A DNA stretch of 64,000 nucleotides, taken from assembly GCA_963751345.1 (NCBI GenBank), contig CAVVUS010000011.1:320001-384000 (forward strand). Direction: 5' to 3'. Made by a program: the position numbers and the translations under genes. Of this stretch, positions 43,517 to 54,466 are shown in pieces (positions within the stretch are counted from its first letter, which is position 1; each line of letters begins with the position of its first letter). The notes beneath the pieces were generated by a model that saw nothing but the letters and a program-made list of their open reading frames with translations, was not told where the DNA came from and ran no database searches. This stretch comes from an uncultured Chloroflexia bacterium (GTDB taxonomy: Bacteria > Chloroflexota > Anaerolineae > B4-G1 > SLSP01).

Positions 43517-44116
43517 ATGGTCGATGATGCACCGAATGCAGAGTCTCCGCCGGATGTGGAGACCGAGTCGAAGCAGAGCCGGCGACGGCAACGCCTGCTA
43601 CAATTTGGGGGGCTGATTCTCGCCCTGGCGATCACAGTCGTCGTCTATTCCTTCCGCAACCGGCTGCGCAGCGTCACCAGCTACGGCTATCTCGGGCTCT
43701 TCCTGATCAGCATCATCGGCAATGCCACGATCATCCTTCCCGTGCCGACCTTCCTGACCGCGTTTCTCGGCGGGGGGATCTACAACCCGGTGCTCGTCGG
43801 CGTTATTTCTGCCGCCGGGGCCACCATCGGGGAGCTTACCGGCTATCTTGCCGGCATCGGGGGAAAGGCCATCGTAGAGAACCAGGCGATGTACGACCGG
43901 TTCAGCCGCTGGATGGAACGATATGGGCTCGTGGCGCTCTTCGTCCTGGCGGCGATCCCCAACCCCTTCTTCGACGTCGCAGGAATCATCGCCGGGATGT
44001 CGCACATGCGCGTGTCGACCTACATGCTGGTGGTGTGGGCCGGCAAGATCGTGAAGTTTGTCCTGATTGCGTACCTTGGTGCGGGATCCATCGGCCTGCT
44101 GAATAGGCTGCCGTAG
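43517..44116 (+). CDS. VTT/DedA-domain membrane protein
   Basis: GNATIILPVP, GATIGELTGY, IPNPFFDVAGI. Confidence 0.88.
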   Translation: MVDDAPNAESPPDVETESKQSRRRQRLLQFGGLILALAITVVVYSFRNRLRSVTSYGYLGLFLISIIGNATIILPVPTFLTAFLGGGIYNPVLVGVISAAGATIGELTGYLAGIGGKAIVENQAMYDRFSRWMERYGLVALFVLAAIPNPFFDVAGIIAGMSHMRVSTYMLVVWAGKIVKFVLIAYLGAGSIGLLNRLP

Positions 44117-44184
44117 ACGCTGAGAGCGCTATGGGTGCCTGGCACCTGAGACGGAGACCCCGCCGCCGCGGGTTCTGCGCCTCA

Positions 44185-44216
44185 AGTGCCGGGGACTGCA
44201 GAAAGTCCCCGGCACT
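44185..44216. terminator. Perfect 13-bp hairpin between convergent genes
   Basis: AGTGCCGGGGACT-GCAGAA-AGTCCCCGGCACT. Confidence 0.65.
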
Positions 44217-44235
44217 GCAGAAGCTACCTAACCAC

Positions 44236-45159
44236 CTACTCGACCGGCGTTAACCACCCGTACCGGTCATCTGCCTTGCCCGACAGAATGTCAAAGAAGG
44301 CGGTTTGCACGGCCTCGGTGATGGGACCGCGGTGCCCTTCGCCCACCGTGATGCGATCGATGGAGCGGATCGGTGTGACCTCCGCCGCTGTGCCGCTGAA
44401 GAAGGCCTCATCCGCCATATAGAGCATCTCCCTGGTGATGAACTCCTCCCTCACAGGGTAGCCCAGATCGTCCGCAAGCGTCATCACGCACTGGCGTGTG
44501 ATGCCCCTCAAGATGCTTGAGGCGAGCGGAGGCGTGAGGATGACGCCGTCGCGGATCACGAAGATGTTCTCGCCGCTGCCCTCGCTCACGAAGCCATTGG
44601 CGTCCATCGCGATGCCTTCGGCATAGCCGTTTTCGACGGCCTCCATCTTGATCAACTGCGAGTTGATATATTGCCCACCGATCTTGGCGTTGGCGGGGAA
44701 GGTGTTGTGCGCCATCCGCCCCCACGAGCTCACGCAGGCATCTATCCCTTGCTCGATCGCCTCTGGCCCCAGGTAGCGCCCCATGTAGATGGTCATCACG
44801 GCCACGTGGACCGGGCAGGGACGCGGGTCGACGCCGATCGTGCCGGATCCTCGATAGACGAGCGGACGCACGTAGGCCGATGTCAGCTTGTTGGCCTTGA
44901 CGGTGTCCACGCACGCCTGGGCTACGGCCTCCGGCGTGTAGCCCACGTCCATGCGATAGACTTTGCACGAGTCGAAGAGACGCCGGACGTGCGCTTCCAG
45001 GCAGAATATCGCGGGCGCGCCCTTCACGTCATACGCGCGGATGCCCTCAAAGACACTCGATCCGTAATGAAGCGCGTGAACAGAGATATGCACATTGGCC
45101 TGGTCCCAGGGCACCAGGATGCCGTCCATCCAGATGAAGTCCGTGGCATCAAGGGGCAT
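44236..45159 (-). CDS. ilvE: Branched-chain amino acid aminotransferase
   Basis: HALHYGSSVFEGIR, AKIGGQY, SEGSGENIF, ILRGITR, SGTAAEVTP. Confidence 0.96.
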   Translation of the reverse strand: MPLDATDFIWMDGILVPWDQANVHISVHALHYGSSVFEGIRAYDVKGAPAIFCLEAHVRRLFDSCKVYRMDVGYTPEAVAQACVDTVKANKLTSAYVRPLVYRGSGTIGVDPRPCPVHVAVMTIYMGRYLGPEAIEQGIDACVSSWGRMAHNTFPANAKIGGQYINSQLIKMEAVENGYAEGIAMDANGFVSEGSGENIFVIRDGVILTPPLASSILRGITRQCVMTLADDLGYPVREEFITREMLYMADEAFFSGTAAEVTPIRSIDRITVGEGHRGPITEAVQTAFFDILSGKADDRYGWLTPVE

Positions 45160-45185
45160 AATACTTCTCCTTCTCGGTTAGGTTG

Positions 45186-45260
45186 AGACCTTTGGGGTCA
45201 AGCCCGAATCTGCTCGGGTCTCAAGCCCGAGTCTGCTCGAGGCCGTAACCCCAAAGGTCT
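45186..45260. repeat. Inverted-repeat element (GACCTTTGGGGT...ACCCCAAAGGTC) with internal direct repeat
   Basis: 13-bp IR enclosing 2x TCAAGCCCGARTCTGCTCG. The same IR occurs at 56117-56148. Confidence 0.75.
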
Positions 45261-45267
45261 TCCGGAT

Positions 45268-46923
45268 CTACTTCAGAACCGCGCCCTCGCTGGCGGACGT
45301 GACGTGGGCCAGGTAGCGTGAGAGATAGCCTGTCTTGACCCGTGGTTCCGGCGGCGACCACCGCGCGCGGCGCTTCGCCAGGTCCTCGTCGCTCACGTGG
45401 AGCGTGATGCTGCGCTTCGGGATGTCGATCTCGATCAGATCGCCCTCCTCGACAAGTCCGATAGGTCCGCCGCTGGCCGCTTCAGGGGAGACGTGCCCGA
45501 CGGCCGCGCCGCGGGTCGCACCGGAGAATCGACCGTCGGTGATGAGCGCGACATCGTGGTCCAGTCCCATACCGGCGATGACCGACGTCGGCATCAGCAT
45601 CTCGCGCATCCCGGGCCCACCGCGCGGCCCTTCGTAGCGGATGACGACGATGTCGCCGGACTTGATCTCGCCGGCGAGGATCGCGGCAAGCGCCGCTTCC
45701 TCGCCATCGAAGACCCGAGCCGGACCGCTGTGGTGCATCATCTGCGGGGCGACGGCGCCTGCCTTCACGACGGCTCCGTCGGGTGCCACGTTGCCTCTCA
45801 GGATGGCCAATCCACCATTTGCGCTGTAGGGATCGTCCAGGGGGCGGATGACATTCGCGGATCGGAAGACAGGGCGGGCGTTCTCCGCGACCGTCTTGCC
45901 GGTCACCGTCGGAAGGTCACCGTGAATCAGCCCCTTTTCCAGAAGCTCTCCCATCACGGCAGGGATGCCCCCGGCTTCGTCGAGATCCTGCATGTGGTGG
46001 GGGCCTGCGGGCCGGAGCTTGACGAGGTAGGGAGTCCGGTCGCTGATCTCGTTATAGAGATCGAGCGGAAGTTCGATACCTGCGTCGTGGGCCACCGCGG
46101 GCAGATGGAGTACGGTATTGGTCGACCCACCGATCGCCATGTCGGTGGTGATGGCATTCTCAAAGGCGGCCAGCGTCATGATGTCACGCGGGCGGACGTT
46201 ATCCTTGACCAGGCTGAGGATTCGCATCCCGGCCATCTTTGCCAGGCGGATGCGCGCGGCCGTCACAGCCGGGATGGTGCCGTTGCCCGGCAGTCCCATG
46301 CCCAGTGCCTCGGTGAGGCAGTTCATCGTATTGGCTGTAAACAGACCCGAGCAGGACCCGCAGCCCGGGCAGGCCGCGAACTCCAGATCCCTGACCTCAT
46401 CCTCGCTGATCTTGCCGGCCTGGAAGCGCCCGACAGCCTCAAAGACGGTATTCAGGTCGATGTCATCGCCTTCGTACCGACCGGCCATCATCGGCCCACC
46501 GCTGACAAAGACCGACGGCACGTTCACGCGCCCTGCGGCCATCAGCATCCCCGGCACGATCTTGTCGCAGTTGGGGATGAAGACGATGCCATCGAAGGCG
46601 TGGCCGATGGCCATCGACTCGACCGAGTCGGCCACGAGCTCGCGGCTGGGCAGCGAGAAGTTCATACCCCCGTGGCCCATTGCGATGCCATCGCAGATAC
46701 CGATGACGTTGAATTCCAATGGCGTGCCCCCCGCTATGCGGACGCCCGCCTTGACCGCCTGGGCGATCTGGTTGAGGTGGATGTGGCCGGGCACGATCTC
46801 ATTGAACGAATTGGCGATGCCGATGATGGGCCGGTCCAGCTCCTCGGACGTCAGCCCGTTGGCGTAGAACAGACTCCTGTGGGGGGCTCGTTCGAACCCC
46901 TTCTTGACTAGATCACTTCGCAT
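45268..46923 (-). CDS. ilvD: Dihydroxy-acid dehydratase
   Basis: [44 protein letters not shown]...GHVSPEA. Confidence 0.97.
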   Translation of the reverse strand: MRSDLVKKGFERAPHRSLFYANGLTSEELDRPIIGIANSFNEIVPGHIHLNQIAQAVKAGVRIAGGTPLEFNVIGICDGIAMGHGGMNFSLPSRELVADSVESMAIGHAFDGIVFIPNCDKIVPGMLMAAGRVNVPSVFVSGGPMMAGRYEGDDIDLNTVFEAVGRFQAGKISEDEVRDLEFAACPGCGSCSGLFTANTMNCLTEALGMGLPGNGTIPAVTAARIRLAKMAGMRILSLVKDNVRPRDIMTLAAFENAITTDMAIGGSTNTVLHLPAVAHDAGIELPLDLYNEISDRTPYLVKLRPAGPHHMQDLDEAGGIPAVMGELLEKGLIHGDLPTVTGKTVAENARPVFRSANVIRPLDDPYSANGGLAILRGNVAPDGAVVKAGAVAPQMMHHSGPARVFDGEEAALAAILAGEIKSGDIVVIRYEGPRGGPGMREMLMPTSVIAGMGLDHDVALITDGRFSGATRGAAVGHVSPEAASGGPIGLVEEGDLIEIDIPKRSITLHVSDEDLAKRRARWSPPEPRVKTGYLSRYLAHVTSASEGAVLK

Positions 46924-46971
46924 GATGCCTCCACTCATTTGACACTTGCTGATTGTCCCGTGGGGATTTGG

Positions 46972-48039
46972 TTACTTGAGCGCCGCCACGGCCTGATCGC
47001 CCATCTGGACCGTACTGATGGGTGTGACGCCGGGACTTGCGATGTCCGGTGTCCGGTAGCCCGCCTCCAGCACGGCGACGACGGCCGACTCCACGGCCTG
47101 CGCCTCGGTCTCCAGTCCCAGGGAATAGCGCAGCAGCAGCGCCACGCTCAGGATTGTGGCCAGCGGGTTGGCGATGCCCTTGCCTGCAATATCCGGGGCG
47201 CTGCCATGAATCGGCTCGTAGACGCCATTGGTGCCGTCGCCCAGCGAGGCCGACGCGAGCATGCCCATCGAGCCTGCCAACATCGAGGCCTCATCGGTGA
47301 GGATGTCTCCGAACATATTTCCGGTGACGATCACGTCGAAATCCGAGGGCCGGCGCATCAGGTGCATGGCGGCCGAATCCACCAGCATATGCTCCAGGGT
47401 CACGTCCGGGTAGTCACGGCTGACCTCAACGACGACCTGTCGCCAGAGTCGAGAGACCGCGAGAACGTTGGCCTTGTCGACCGAGGTTAGCTTGCTGCGT
47501 CGCACGCGCGCCAACTGGAAGGCCTTATGCGCGATCCGCCGCACCTCGTCCGCTCCGTAGATCATCGTATCAAAGGCTGTCGGCACCTCGGCGGTCGCTT
47601 CCTGCCGGGCGCCGAAGTAGATGCCACCGGTCAGCTCTCGCACGACGAGCAGGTCCACACCCTCGAGACGCTCCGGGCGGAGCGGGGAGGCGTCCCTCAG
47701 CATCGGGAAGATCTGCACCGGGCGCAGGTTGGCATAGAGGCTCAGCCCCTTGCGCAACCCCAAGAGCCCCTGCTCTGGGCGGACCTTGGCCGTGGGGTCC
47801 GACCATTTGGGGCCACCCACGGCGCCGAGCAGAACCGCGTCCGCTGAGCGGCAGGCCGTAAGCGTCGAATCGGGGAGAGGGCTGCCGGTCGTGTCGATGG
47901 CGCCGCCTCCGATGGGGCACTGCTGGAATGAGAAGTCGTGGCTGTAGGCTTTCGCGACGGCCCTGAGCATCTTGACGCCCTCGGCGACGACCTCGACGCC
48001 GATGCCATCGCCGGGCAGCGTGACGATCTGAGCTTTCAT
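46972..48039 (-). CDS. leuB: 3-isopropylmalate dehydrogenase
   Basis: [47 protein letters not shown]. Confidence 0.97.
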   Translation of the reverse strand: MKAQIVTLPGDGIGVEVVAEGVKMLRAVAKAYSHDFSFQQCPIGGGAIDTTGSPLPDSTLTACRSADAVLLGAVGGPKWSDPTAKVRPEQGLLGLRKGLSLYANLRPVQIFPMLRDASPLRPERLEGVDLLVVRELTGGIYFGARQEATAEVPTAFDTMIYGADEVRRIAHKAFQLARVRRSKLTSVDKANVLAVSRLWRQVVVEVSRDYPDVTLEHMLVDSAAMHLMRRPSDFDVIVTGNMFGDILTDEASMLAGSMGMLASASLGDGTNGVYEPIHGSAPDIAGKGIANPLATILSVALLLRYSLGLETEAQAVESAVVAVLEAGYRTPDIASPGVTPISTVQMGDQAVAALK

Positions 48040-48104
48040 TGGATCTCCTTAGTTTTGTCTGAACCTTGCGAAGGGCGTGCGTATGTTTTTCGGCATTGCC
48101 CTTG

Positions 48105-48234
48105 GTAGAGACGGGGCGGCGCCCCGTCTTCTGGCGTGCAAGCTCCCTTGGACGCCGGCATGGTCTTCGTCGTGCACGCCTCCACATCGGTTGCTGCCCC
48201 GCGTCCGAAGACGTGCCGCCGGCACGTCTCTACG
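48105..48234. repeat. REP-like palindrome doublet, copy 2
   Basis: GTAGAGACGGGGCGGCGCCCCGTCT ... GAAGACGTGCCGCCGGCACGTCTCTACG. Confidence 0.75.
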
Positions 48235-48245
48235 AGAAGCTGTTG

Positions 48246-48923
48246 CTAAGCATACACCTTCATTCTCCCCACCTCAGCCTCGGGTGAGACGAGACGCACG
48301 TAGTCGCGCAAGCTCCCGAGATGCTCCTCGACTGCCGGCTCGCCGATGCCTGCGGGCGCATAGACCGTAAAGAGGACGCTGCGGGTCTCGGGTCGTATCC
48401 TTGTCCGCTGGTCCGGCCCATAGATGATGCTCGAAAGCACCCCGATAGTGTCGGCGATATACATGTCCTGCGGCTTGAGTGTCTGCAGATCGCCCCTGAT
48501 CCCGGTGTAGGATTCGCTCCCGTCCGCCACGTGGATCGTGACCGGCGGCTCCACGATATCCAGATCGTGGCCTGCCGTGAGGAGGAGATGCTCCAACTCC
48601 GCCATAAACATGGCCTCGACCAGGGGAGCCGTGCTGGCAATCGGGCGCCCCTTCAGGACCACCGACTCCAACTGCTGCTGTACGTGGTACGTTTTCTTGA
48701 ACCTCTTGTAATAGGCGGTGTAGGCCTCGATCACGGGCAGGGCTTTGATCCCGGCGCGGTCCAGCCCGCCGTAGCGCTGCCGGAGGCGATCCTCCAGCGC
48801 TGCCTTCTGGGCATCGAGATCCGTACACGCGTCGGGATTCGCCACACCGTGCATCGTGAGAACCCCGATGCAGGCCCCGGGATAGGCTGCCCGCCAGTCG
48901 TCTGCAATGGCCAGCTCCATCAT
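48246..48923 (-). CDS. Stand-alone B3/B4 (PheRS-beta-like, tRNA-editing) domain protein
   Basis: AYTAYYKRFKKTYHV, LLTAGHDLD, DMYIAD...SSIIYGPD.RTRI. Confidence 0.75.
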   Translation of the reverse strand: MMELAIADDWRAAYPGACIGVLTMHGVANPDACTDLDAQKAALEDRLRQRYGGLDRAGIKALPVIEAYTAYYKRFKKTYHVQQQLESVVLKGRPIASTAPLVEAMFMAELEHLLLTAGHDLDIVEPPVTIHVADGSESYTGIRGDLQTLKPQDMYIADTIGVLSSIIYGPDQRTRIRPETRSVLFTVYAPAGIGEPAVEEHLGSLRDYVRLVSPEAEVGRMKVYA

Positions 48924-48952
48924 GTCTGCAATCCTTTGTCGTCCTGCTTGGC

Positions 48953-50531
48953 TTAGGTTACGGTCAACCCGTACTCTATCCCGTCTGCCAGGGCTGTCCA
49001 GGAGGCCTCAATGATGTTGGCGGAGGCGCCGACGGTACTCCACCGGCGCGAGCCGTTCTGCATATCGAGCAGGACCCGCGTCGTAGCCGCCGTTCCCGCG
49101 TCGCTGTCGAGGATGTGCACCTTGTAGTCGGCGAGCTCGAAGTCTGCCAGATGCGGGTAGACCGGAACCAGCGCCTTGCGCAGGGCCTGATCCATCGCGT
49201 TGACGGGGCCGTTTCCCTCGGCTGCAGTATGGTAGATCTGGTTGTTGACCCTGATCTTTACCGTGGCCTCGGCAAAGACGCCTCGGCCCTCCCGGTGCTC
49301 GACCACGGCCATGAAGTCGATCAGCTCGAAGGGTGGCTTGTACCCATCGCGCGACCGGAGGAGCATCAGCTCGACGGACGCGTCGGCACCCTCAAACGTG
49401 AAGCCCCGGTATTCGAGCTCCTTGATCTGCTGCAGCACCTCCGGGAGATCCTCGAGCTCCTTGGTATCCAGCCCCATCTCGTCGGCCTTGCTCAGCAGGT
49501 TGCCGCGCCCGGAGAGCTCTGAGATCACCACGCGGGATCCGTTACCCACCAGTTCAGGGTCGACGTGCTGGTAGCTCAGGATGTTCCGTCGCATCGCGGC
49601 GACGTGGATCCCACCCTTGTGCGCAAATGCACTCAGTCCCACGTAAGGTGCGTGCCGGTTGGGGGGCTGGTTCGCCACCGATGTGACGGCGCGGGCCGTT
49701 CTCGTCAACTGCGCCAGTTGTCCCTCGGGCAGCGCCTTGAGCTGCATCTTGAGCTCCAGCGACGGGATGATCGTGCAGAGGTCGGCGTTGCCGCATCGTT
49801 CGCCGTAGCCGTTCATTGTGCCCTGCACTTGACTGGCTCCGGCGCGGACCGCGGCAAGCGTGTTCGCCACGGCTACACCGCCGTCGTTGTGCGCGTGGAT
49901 GCCGTATGCGATGTCGGGGAAGCGCTCGCTCAACGCTTGTCGCACCTCCCCGACGATGGTCTCGACCTCCCAGGGCATTGTTCCCCCGTTGGTATCGCAA
50001 AGACAGAGCAAGTCTGCCCCGCTGCCTGCGGCAGCCTCCAGCGTGGCAAGCGCGTAGGCGGGGTCGGCCTTATAGCCGTCGAAGAAGTGCTCGGCATCGT
50101 AGATGACCTCTTTGCCGCACTGCCTTGAGATAGGAGGTGCTGTCGCGGATGATGCGCAGGTTCTCCTCCGGCGTGGTGCGCAGCACGTCGCTGACGTGAA
50201 GCATCCAGCTCTTCCCAACCAGGGCGATGGTTGGCGTATCCGCGCCGACCATCGCCTGGATATTGGCGTCATCCTCCGGCTTGCTGCCCACCCGACAGGT
50301 ACTGCCAAAGGCCGTGATTCGCGCGTGTTTGAGGTCCAGATCCCGGACGCGCTCGAAGTAGGCCACGTCCTTGGGGTTGGAGCCGGGCCATCCGCCCTCA
50401 ATGTAGTCGACGCCCAGGTCGTCCAGCAGTTGGGTGATCTTTATCTTGTCCTCGACGGACAGGGAGATCCCCTCCGCCTGCGTGCCATCACGCAGCGTTG
50501 TATCGTATAGCCAGACTCGCTCTTCTCCCAT
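48953..50531 (-). CDS. cimA: Citramalate synthase (frameshift ~50120)
   Basis: DTTLRDGTQAEG, EGGWPGSNPKD, YDAEHFFDG, AFAHKGGIH, GNGPVNA. Confidence 0.92.
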
Positions 50532-50759
50532 TGTGCTCCCCCTCTTTGCTCAGACTCGCGGAACCGCGGTTCGTAATAATCACACCCTCGTACGATCCGC
50601 CACCCGGCGATCAAGTCGCCGGGCTACCTGCAACACCCCATCAATGGGGCTCAGCACTCCATCTGTGGACCTGAGAAGCCCGATTTATCGGGCGCAGCCT
50701 GGTAGCACGGGGATTCATCGCGCTTGATCCCCGTGCAGTGACTGATGAAACTCACCTGA

Positions 50760-51284
50760 TCAACCCTGCAGCCTCGCCCTGGTATAAGGTACCAACCCTC
50801 CCGCCTCGATGATGCCCATGATGAAGGGCGGGAACGGCGAGGTCTGATAGACCTTGCCGGACGTAAGATTCGTGATCTGGCCGGTCTCCAGGCTGACGCT
50901 CATCTCGTCGCCCTTCTTGGCGTCACGGGCGGCGTCGGCGCAGACGAGAATCGGCAGCCCGATGTTGATCGCATTGCGATAGAAGATGCGGGCGAAGCTC
51001 TCGGCGACCACGCAGGAGATCCCCGAGCCCTTGATGGCGAGGGGTGCGTGCTCACGCGACGACCCACACCCGAAGTTCTCACCCCCAACGATGATGTCGC
51101 CGCTCTCGACGCCGTCGACGAAGGTGGGGTCGATATCCTCCATACAATGCTGCGCCAGCTCCTCGGCCGTCGACATGTTCAGATAGCGAGCCGGGATGAT
51201 GACGTCGGTGTCGATGTTGTCGCCGTACTTCCACGCCTTACCGTGTAAGGTCCTGCCCTGCAGGGCCACGCCTTGCTGCGTCAT
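50760..51284 (-). CDS. leuD: 3-isopropylmalate dehydratase small subunit
   Basis: [31 protein letters not shown]. Confidence 0.96.
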   Translation of the reverse strand: MTQQGVALQGRTLHGKAWKYGDNIDTDVIIPARYLNMSTAEELAQHCMEDIDPTFVDGVESGDIIVGGENFGCGSSREHAPLAIKGSGISCVVAESFARIFYRNAINIGLPILVCADAARDAKKGDEMSVSLETGQITNLTSGKVYQTSPFPPFIMGIIEAGGLVPYTRARLQG

Positions 51285-52558
51285 GCCACCACCTCCTCAG
51301 GACCGGCAATGCGTCCCAGGACGGCAGAGGCTGCCGCGACCGCGGGCCCGCTCAGGTAGACTTCGCTGTCCGTATGTCCCATCCGGCCGCGGAAGTTGCG
51401 GTTGGTCGTGCTCACCGCGCGCTCACCCGCGGCAAGGATGCCCATATAGCCGCCCAGACACGGGCCACACGTGGGCGTGCTGACCACGGCGCCTGCCTCG
51501 ATGAAGGTCTCGATCAGGCCCTCGCGGAGCGCATCCAGGTAGACCTGCTGGGTCCCGGGAATGACGATGCAGCGCACATCCGCATGGACGCTCCGCCCAC
51601 GCAAGATATCGGCCGCAACCCGCAGGTCCTCCATCCGCCCGTTGGTACACGAGCCGATCACGGCTTGGTCGATCTTCACGTCGGCCGCGTCGGAGACGGG
51701 TCGGGCGTTCTCCGGAAGATGCGGGAAGGCGACCTGGAGTGGGATCTTCGACACGTCGATCTCGATCACCTCGGCGAACCGGGCGTCATCGTCCGTGCGC
51801 AGAACGCGATAGTCGCGCTTGGCCCGGCCCTCGACGTAGCTCGTCGTGGCATCGTCCACCATGAAGAGCCCCGCCTTGGCCCCGGCCTCGATGGCCATAT
51901 TGGCCATCGTGAACCGACCGGCCATCGACAGTGCGTCGATCGCGGGCCCGGTGAACTCCATCGCCCGGTAGAGCGCGCCGCTCACGCCGATCTGGCCGAT
52001 GGTGTAGAGGATCAGGTCCTTGCCCCCGACCCAGGGTTGGAGCTCGCCCGTATAGACGAAGCGCATCGTCTCGGGGACGCGCATCCAGATCTGGCCGGTT
52101 GCCATCGCCACGGCGATGTCCGTGGATCCCATACCGGTGGCGAAAGCGCCGAGGGCGCCGTAGGTGCACGTGTGCGAATCGGCGCCGACGATGAGATCCC
52201 CCGGCAGAACCAGGCCTTTTTCCGGCAGCAACACGTGCTCGATGCCCATCTTGCCGACGTCGTAGTGATAGGGCAGGTTCTGCTGATGGGCGAACCGGCG
52301 CATCATTGCGCACTGCTCGGCTGACTTGATATCCTTGTTGGGCGCGAAGTGATCGGCAACCATCACGATCTTGTCCGGATCGAAGACCCGGTCGACCCCC
52401 AGTTTCTCGAACTCGCGCAGCGCAATCGGCGCCGTGATGTCGTTGGCCAACACCACGTCGACGGCGACCTCGACCAGGTCGCCGGGGCTTACGTCCTGCC
52501 CCCCGTCCTGGCCCGCGACATGCTCTCCGATGATCTTCTCAGCTAGCGTATGTCCCAT
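51281..52558 (-). CDS. leuC: 3-isopropylmalate dehydratase large subunit
   Basis: [35 protein letters not shown]. Confidence 0.96.
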   Translation of the reverse strand: MGHTLAEKIIGEHVAGQDGGQDVSPGDLVEVAVDVVLANDITAPIALREFEKLGVDRVFDPDKIVMVADHFAPNKDIKSAEQCAMMRRFAHQQNLPYHYDVGKMGIEHVLLPEKGLVLPGDLIVGADSHTCTYGALGAFATGMGSTDIAVAMATGQIWMRVPETMRFVYTGELQPWVGGKDLILYTIGQIGVSGALYRAMEFTGPAIDALSMAGRFTMANMAIEAGAKAGLFMVDDATTSYVEGRAKRDYRVLRTDDDARFAEVIEIDVSKIPLQVAFPHLPENARPVSDAADVKIDQAVIGSCTNGRMEDLRVAADILRGRSVHADVRCIVIPGTQQVYLDALREGLIETFIEAGAVVSTPTCGPCLGGYMGILAAGERAVSTTNRNFRGRMGHTDSEVYLSGPAVAAASAVLGRIAGPEEVVA

Positions 52559-52575
52559 ATCCCATTCCCTCTGAA

Positions 52576-52776
52576 CTATGCCTCGTCATCGAGACGCTCT
52601 GTTTGTTCCTTCGGACCGTTCAGGCGCGGGGGCTTCTCCAACTCTTCGAAGTCCCACTTGGCCGACCAGCCCGCAGGCTGTGGAAAAGACTCCCAGTGCT
52701 TCGCCGCCCGTTCGGCCCCCTCGGTCGTAAGGACGGTGTCCGCATCGACGGTGCTTGGTTCTCGCTTTGTCTTCAT
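52576..52776 (-). CDS. 66-aa hypothetical protein inside the leu operon
   Basis: RBS GGGAGG + ATG. MKTKREPST...HWESFPQPAGWSAKWDFEEL... Confidence 0.6.
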   Translation of the reverse strand: MKTKREPSTVDADTVLTTEGAERAAKHWESFPQPAGWSAKWDFEELEKPPRLNGPKEQTERLDDEA

Positions 52777-52867
52777 CGCACGCCTCCCACCTGATAGCCT
52801 TGCTTGGTATCCGGGTTGCGCGCCGCAGACGGCGTTGCGCAGCAACCCGGAAGGTTCCTGATGTCAC

Positions 52868-54442
52868 TTACACGTGCTGCGCGTCCCGCCGCGCGGCGAT
52901 GAGCCGGTTCAGTGCAAACATATAAGCCCTGGCGCAGGCGACCACGATGTCGTTATCGGCGCCGTGGCCGCTGAAGATTGTGCGCGCCTCCCCGTTGACG
53001 GGCTCCTGCGCGCGGATGCGGATCGTCACCCGCCCGACCGCATCCAAACCCTCGGTGATGGCCTCGATGGAGAACTCGGTGAGCTCGTTGGCCTCCCCGA
53101 TGACACGATTGATGGCGCGGTAGACGGCATCCACCGGGCCCGAGCCGTGGTCGGCGTCGCAGTAGACCGTGCCGTCCGGGCCCGTGATCTGGACCGTCGC
53201 CGTGGGTATGCTGTGATCGCCGCACGAGACCTGTACGTGGTCGAGGTGATAGGTTTCCTCGAAGAACATCTCGGCCTCGTCGGCGACGATGGCCTCCAGG
53301 TCGCGCGTTTCGACCGTCTTCTTCTTATCCGCCACGTCCAGGAACCGGTGGTAGACCTTCTCGAACTTCTCGTCGCCGAGTTTGTAGCCCAACTCCTCCA
53401 GGCGATGACGGAGTCCGTGCCGGCCCGATCGTGCCGAAAGAATGATTTCGGAGTCGGGTACGCCCACGTCCCGTGGGTTGATGATCTCGTAGGTGGTGCG
53501 CTCTTTGAGCACGCCATCCTGGTGAATGCCCGACGAATGAGCAAACGCGTTGGAGCCGATGATGGCCTTGTTGGGCTGCACCGGGATGCCGGTGAGGTTG
53601 CTGACGAGGCGACTGATCGGGTAGAGCCGCTTGGTGTCGATGCCGACGCCGATGCCGAAGCTGTCCCGGCGCGTCATCAACGCCATAACGACCTCTTCCA
53701 GGGAAGCGTTCCCCGCTCGCTCGCCGATCCCATTGACGGTGACCTCGACCTGGCGCGCCCCGTTGCGGACACCGGCCAGCGTGTTGGCGGTCGCCATACC
53801 CAGGTCGTTGTGACAGTGCACGGAGATGACGGCCTTGTCGACGTTGGGCACGTTGTTCGTGATGCCCCGGATCAACGCCCCGAATTCCTCCGGTGTCGTG
53901 TACCCGGTGGTGTCCGGGATGTTGATGACGGTCGCCCCTGCATCGATCACCGCCTCGAGCACCCGATAGAGGTACTCGGGGTCGGCGCGTCCGGCGTCCT
54001 CGGTGTAGTACTGCACGTCATCCACGAACGTCTTGGCATAGCGGACGGCCTCCACGCCCATCTGCATGGCGCCCTCTCGCGTGGTGTGTAGCTTCTGCAA
54101 GACGTGCACGTCGGAGACGCCCAGCCCGGTGTGAATCCGCGGCCGAGCGGCCCCCTTGAGGGCCGCAGCCGCCGATTCGATGTCGCCCTTCCGGGCGCGG
54201 GTGAGGCCGCAGATGGTGCAGTTCCGTATCTCCTGAGAGATAAGCTGTACCGCACGGAAGTCGCCCGGTGAGGAGATGGGGAACCCCGCTTCGATGACGT
54301 CGACGCCCAGGGCCTCCAACACCCTGGCGATCTCCAGCTTCTCGTCTACGTTGAGCGCAGCGCCCGGCGATTGTTCACCGTCCCGCAGGGTTGTGTCAAA
54401 GACGATAATGTTGTTGTCCGTACTAACCCCACTCTCATCCAT
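52868..54442 (-). CDS. leuA: 2-isopropylmalate synthase
   Basis: [42 protein letters not shown], regulatory GSGPVDA. Confidence 0.96.
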   Translation of the reverse strand: MDESGVSTDNNIIVFDTTLRDGEQSPGAALNVDEKLEIARVLEALGVDVIEAGFPISSPGDFRAVQLISQEIRNCTICGLTRARKGDIESAAAALKGAARPRIHTGLGVSDVHVLQKLHTTREGAMQMGVEAVRYAKTFVDDVQYYTEDAGRADPEYLYRVLEAVIDAGATVINIPDTTGYTTPEEFGALIRGITNNVPNVDKAVISVHCHNDLGMATANTLAGVRNGARQVEVTVNGIGERAGNASLEEVVMALMTRRDSFGIGVGIDTKRLYPISRLVSNLTGIPVQPNKAIIGSNAFAHSSGIHQDGVLKERTTYEIINPRDVGVPDSEIILSARSGRHGLRHRLEELGYKLGDEKFEKVYHRFLDVADKKKTVETRDLEAIVADEAEMFFEETYHLDHVQVSCGDHSIPTATVQITGPDGTVYCDADHGSGPVDAVYRAINRVIGEANELTEFSIEAITEGLDAVGRVTIRIRAQEPVNGEARTIFSGHGADNDIVVACARAYMFALNRLIAARRDAQHV

Positions 54443-54466
54443 ACGAATTGTCCTCCTTACCCGCTA

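Noticed and set aside
45186-45260. Autonomous IS element
   Set aside because: Only 75 bp, no transposase and no clear target-site duplication. Kept as a repeat.
45397-54091. Long antisense ORFs (e.g. 45397..46911, 51374..52324, 52874..54091)
   Set aside because: Shadow frames of high-GC3 genes on the opposite strand, with no motifs.
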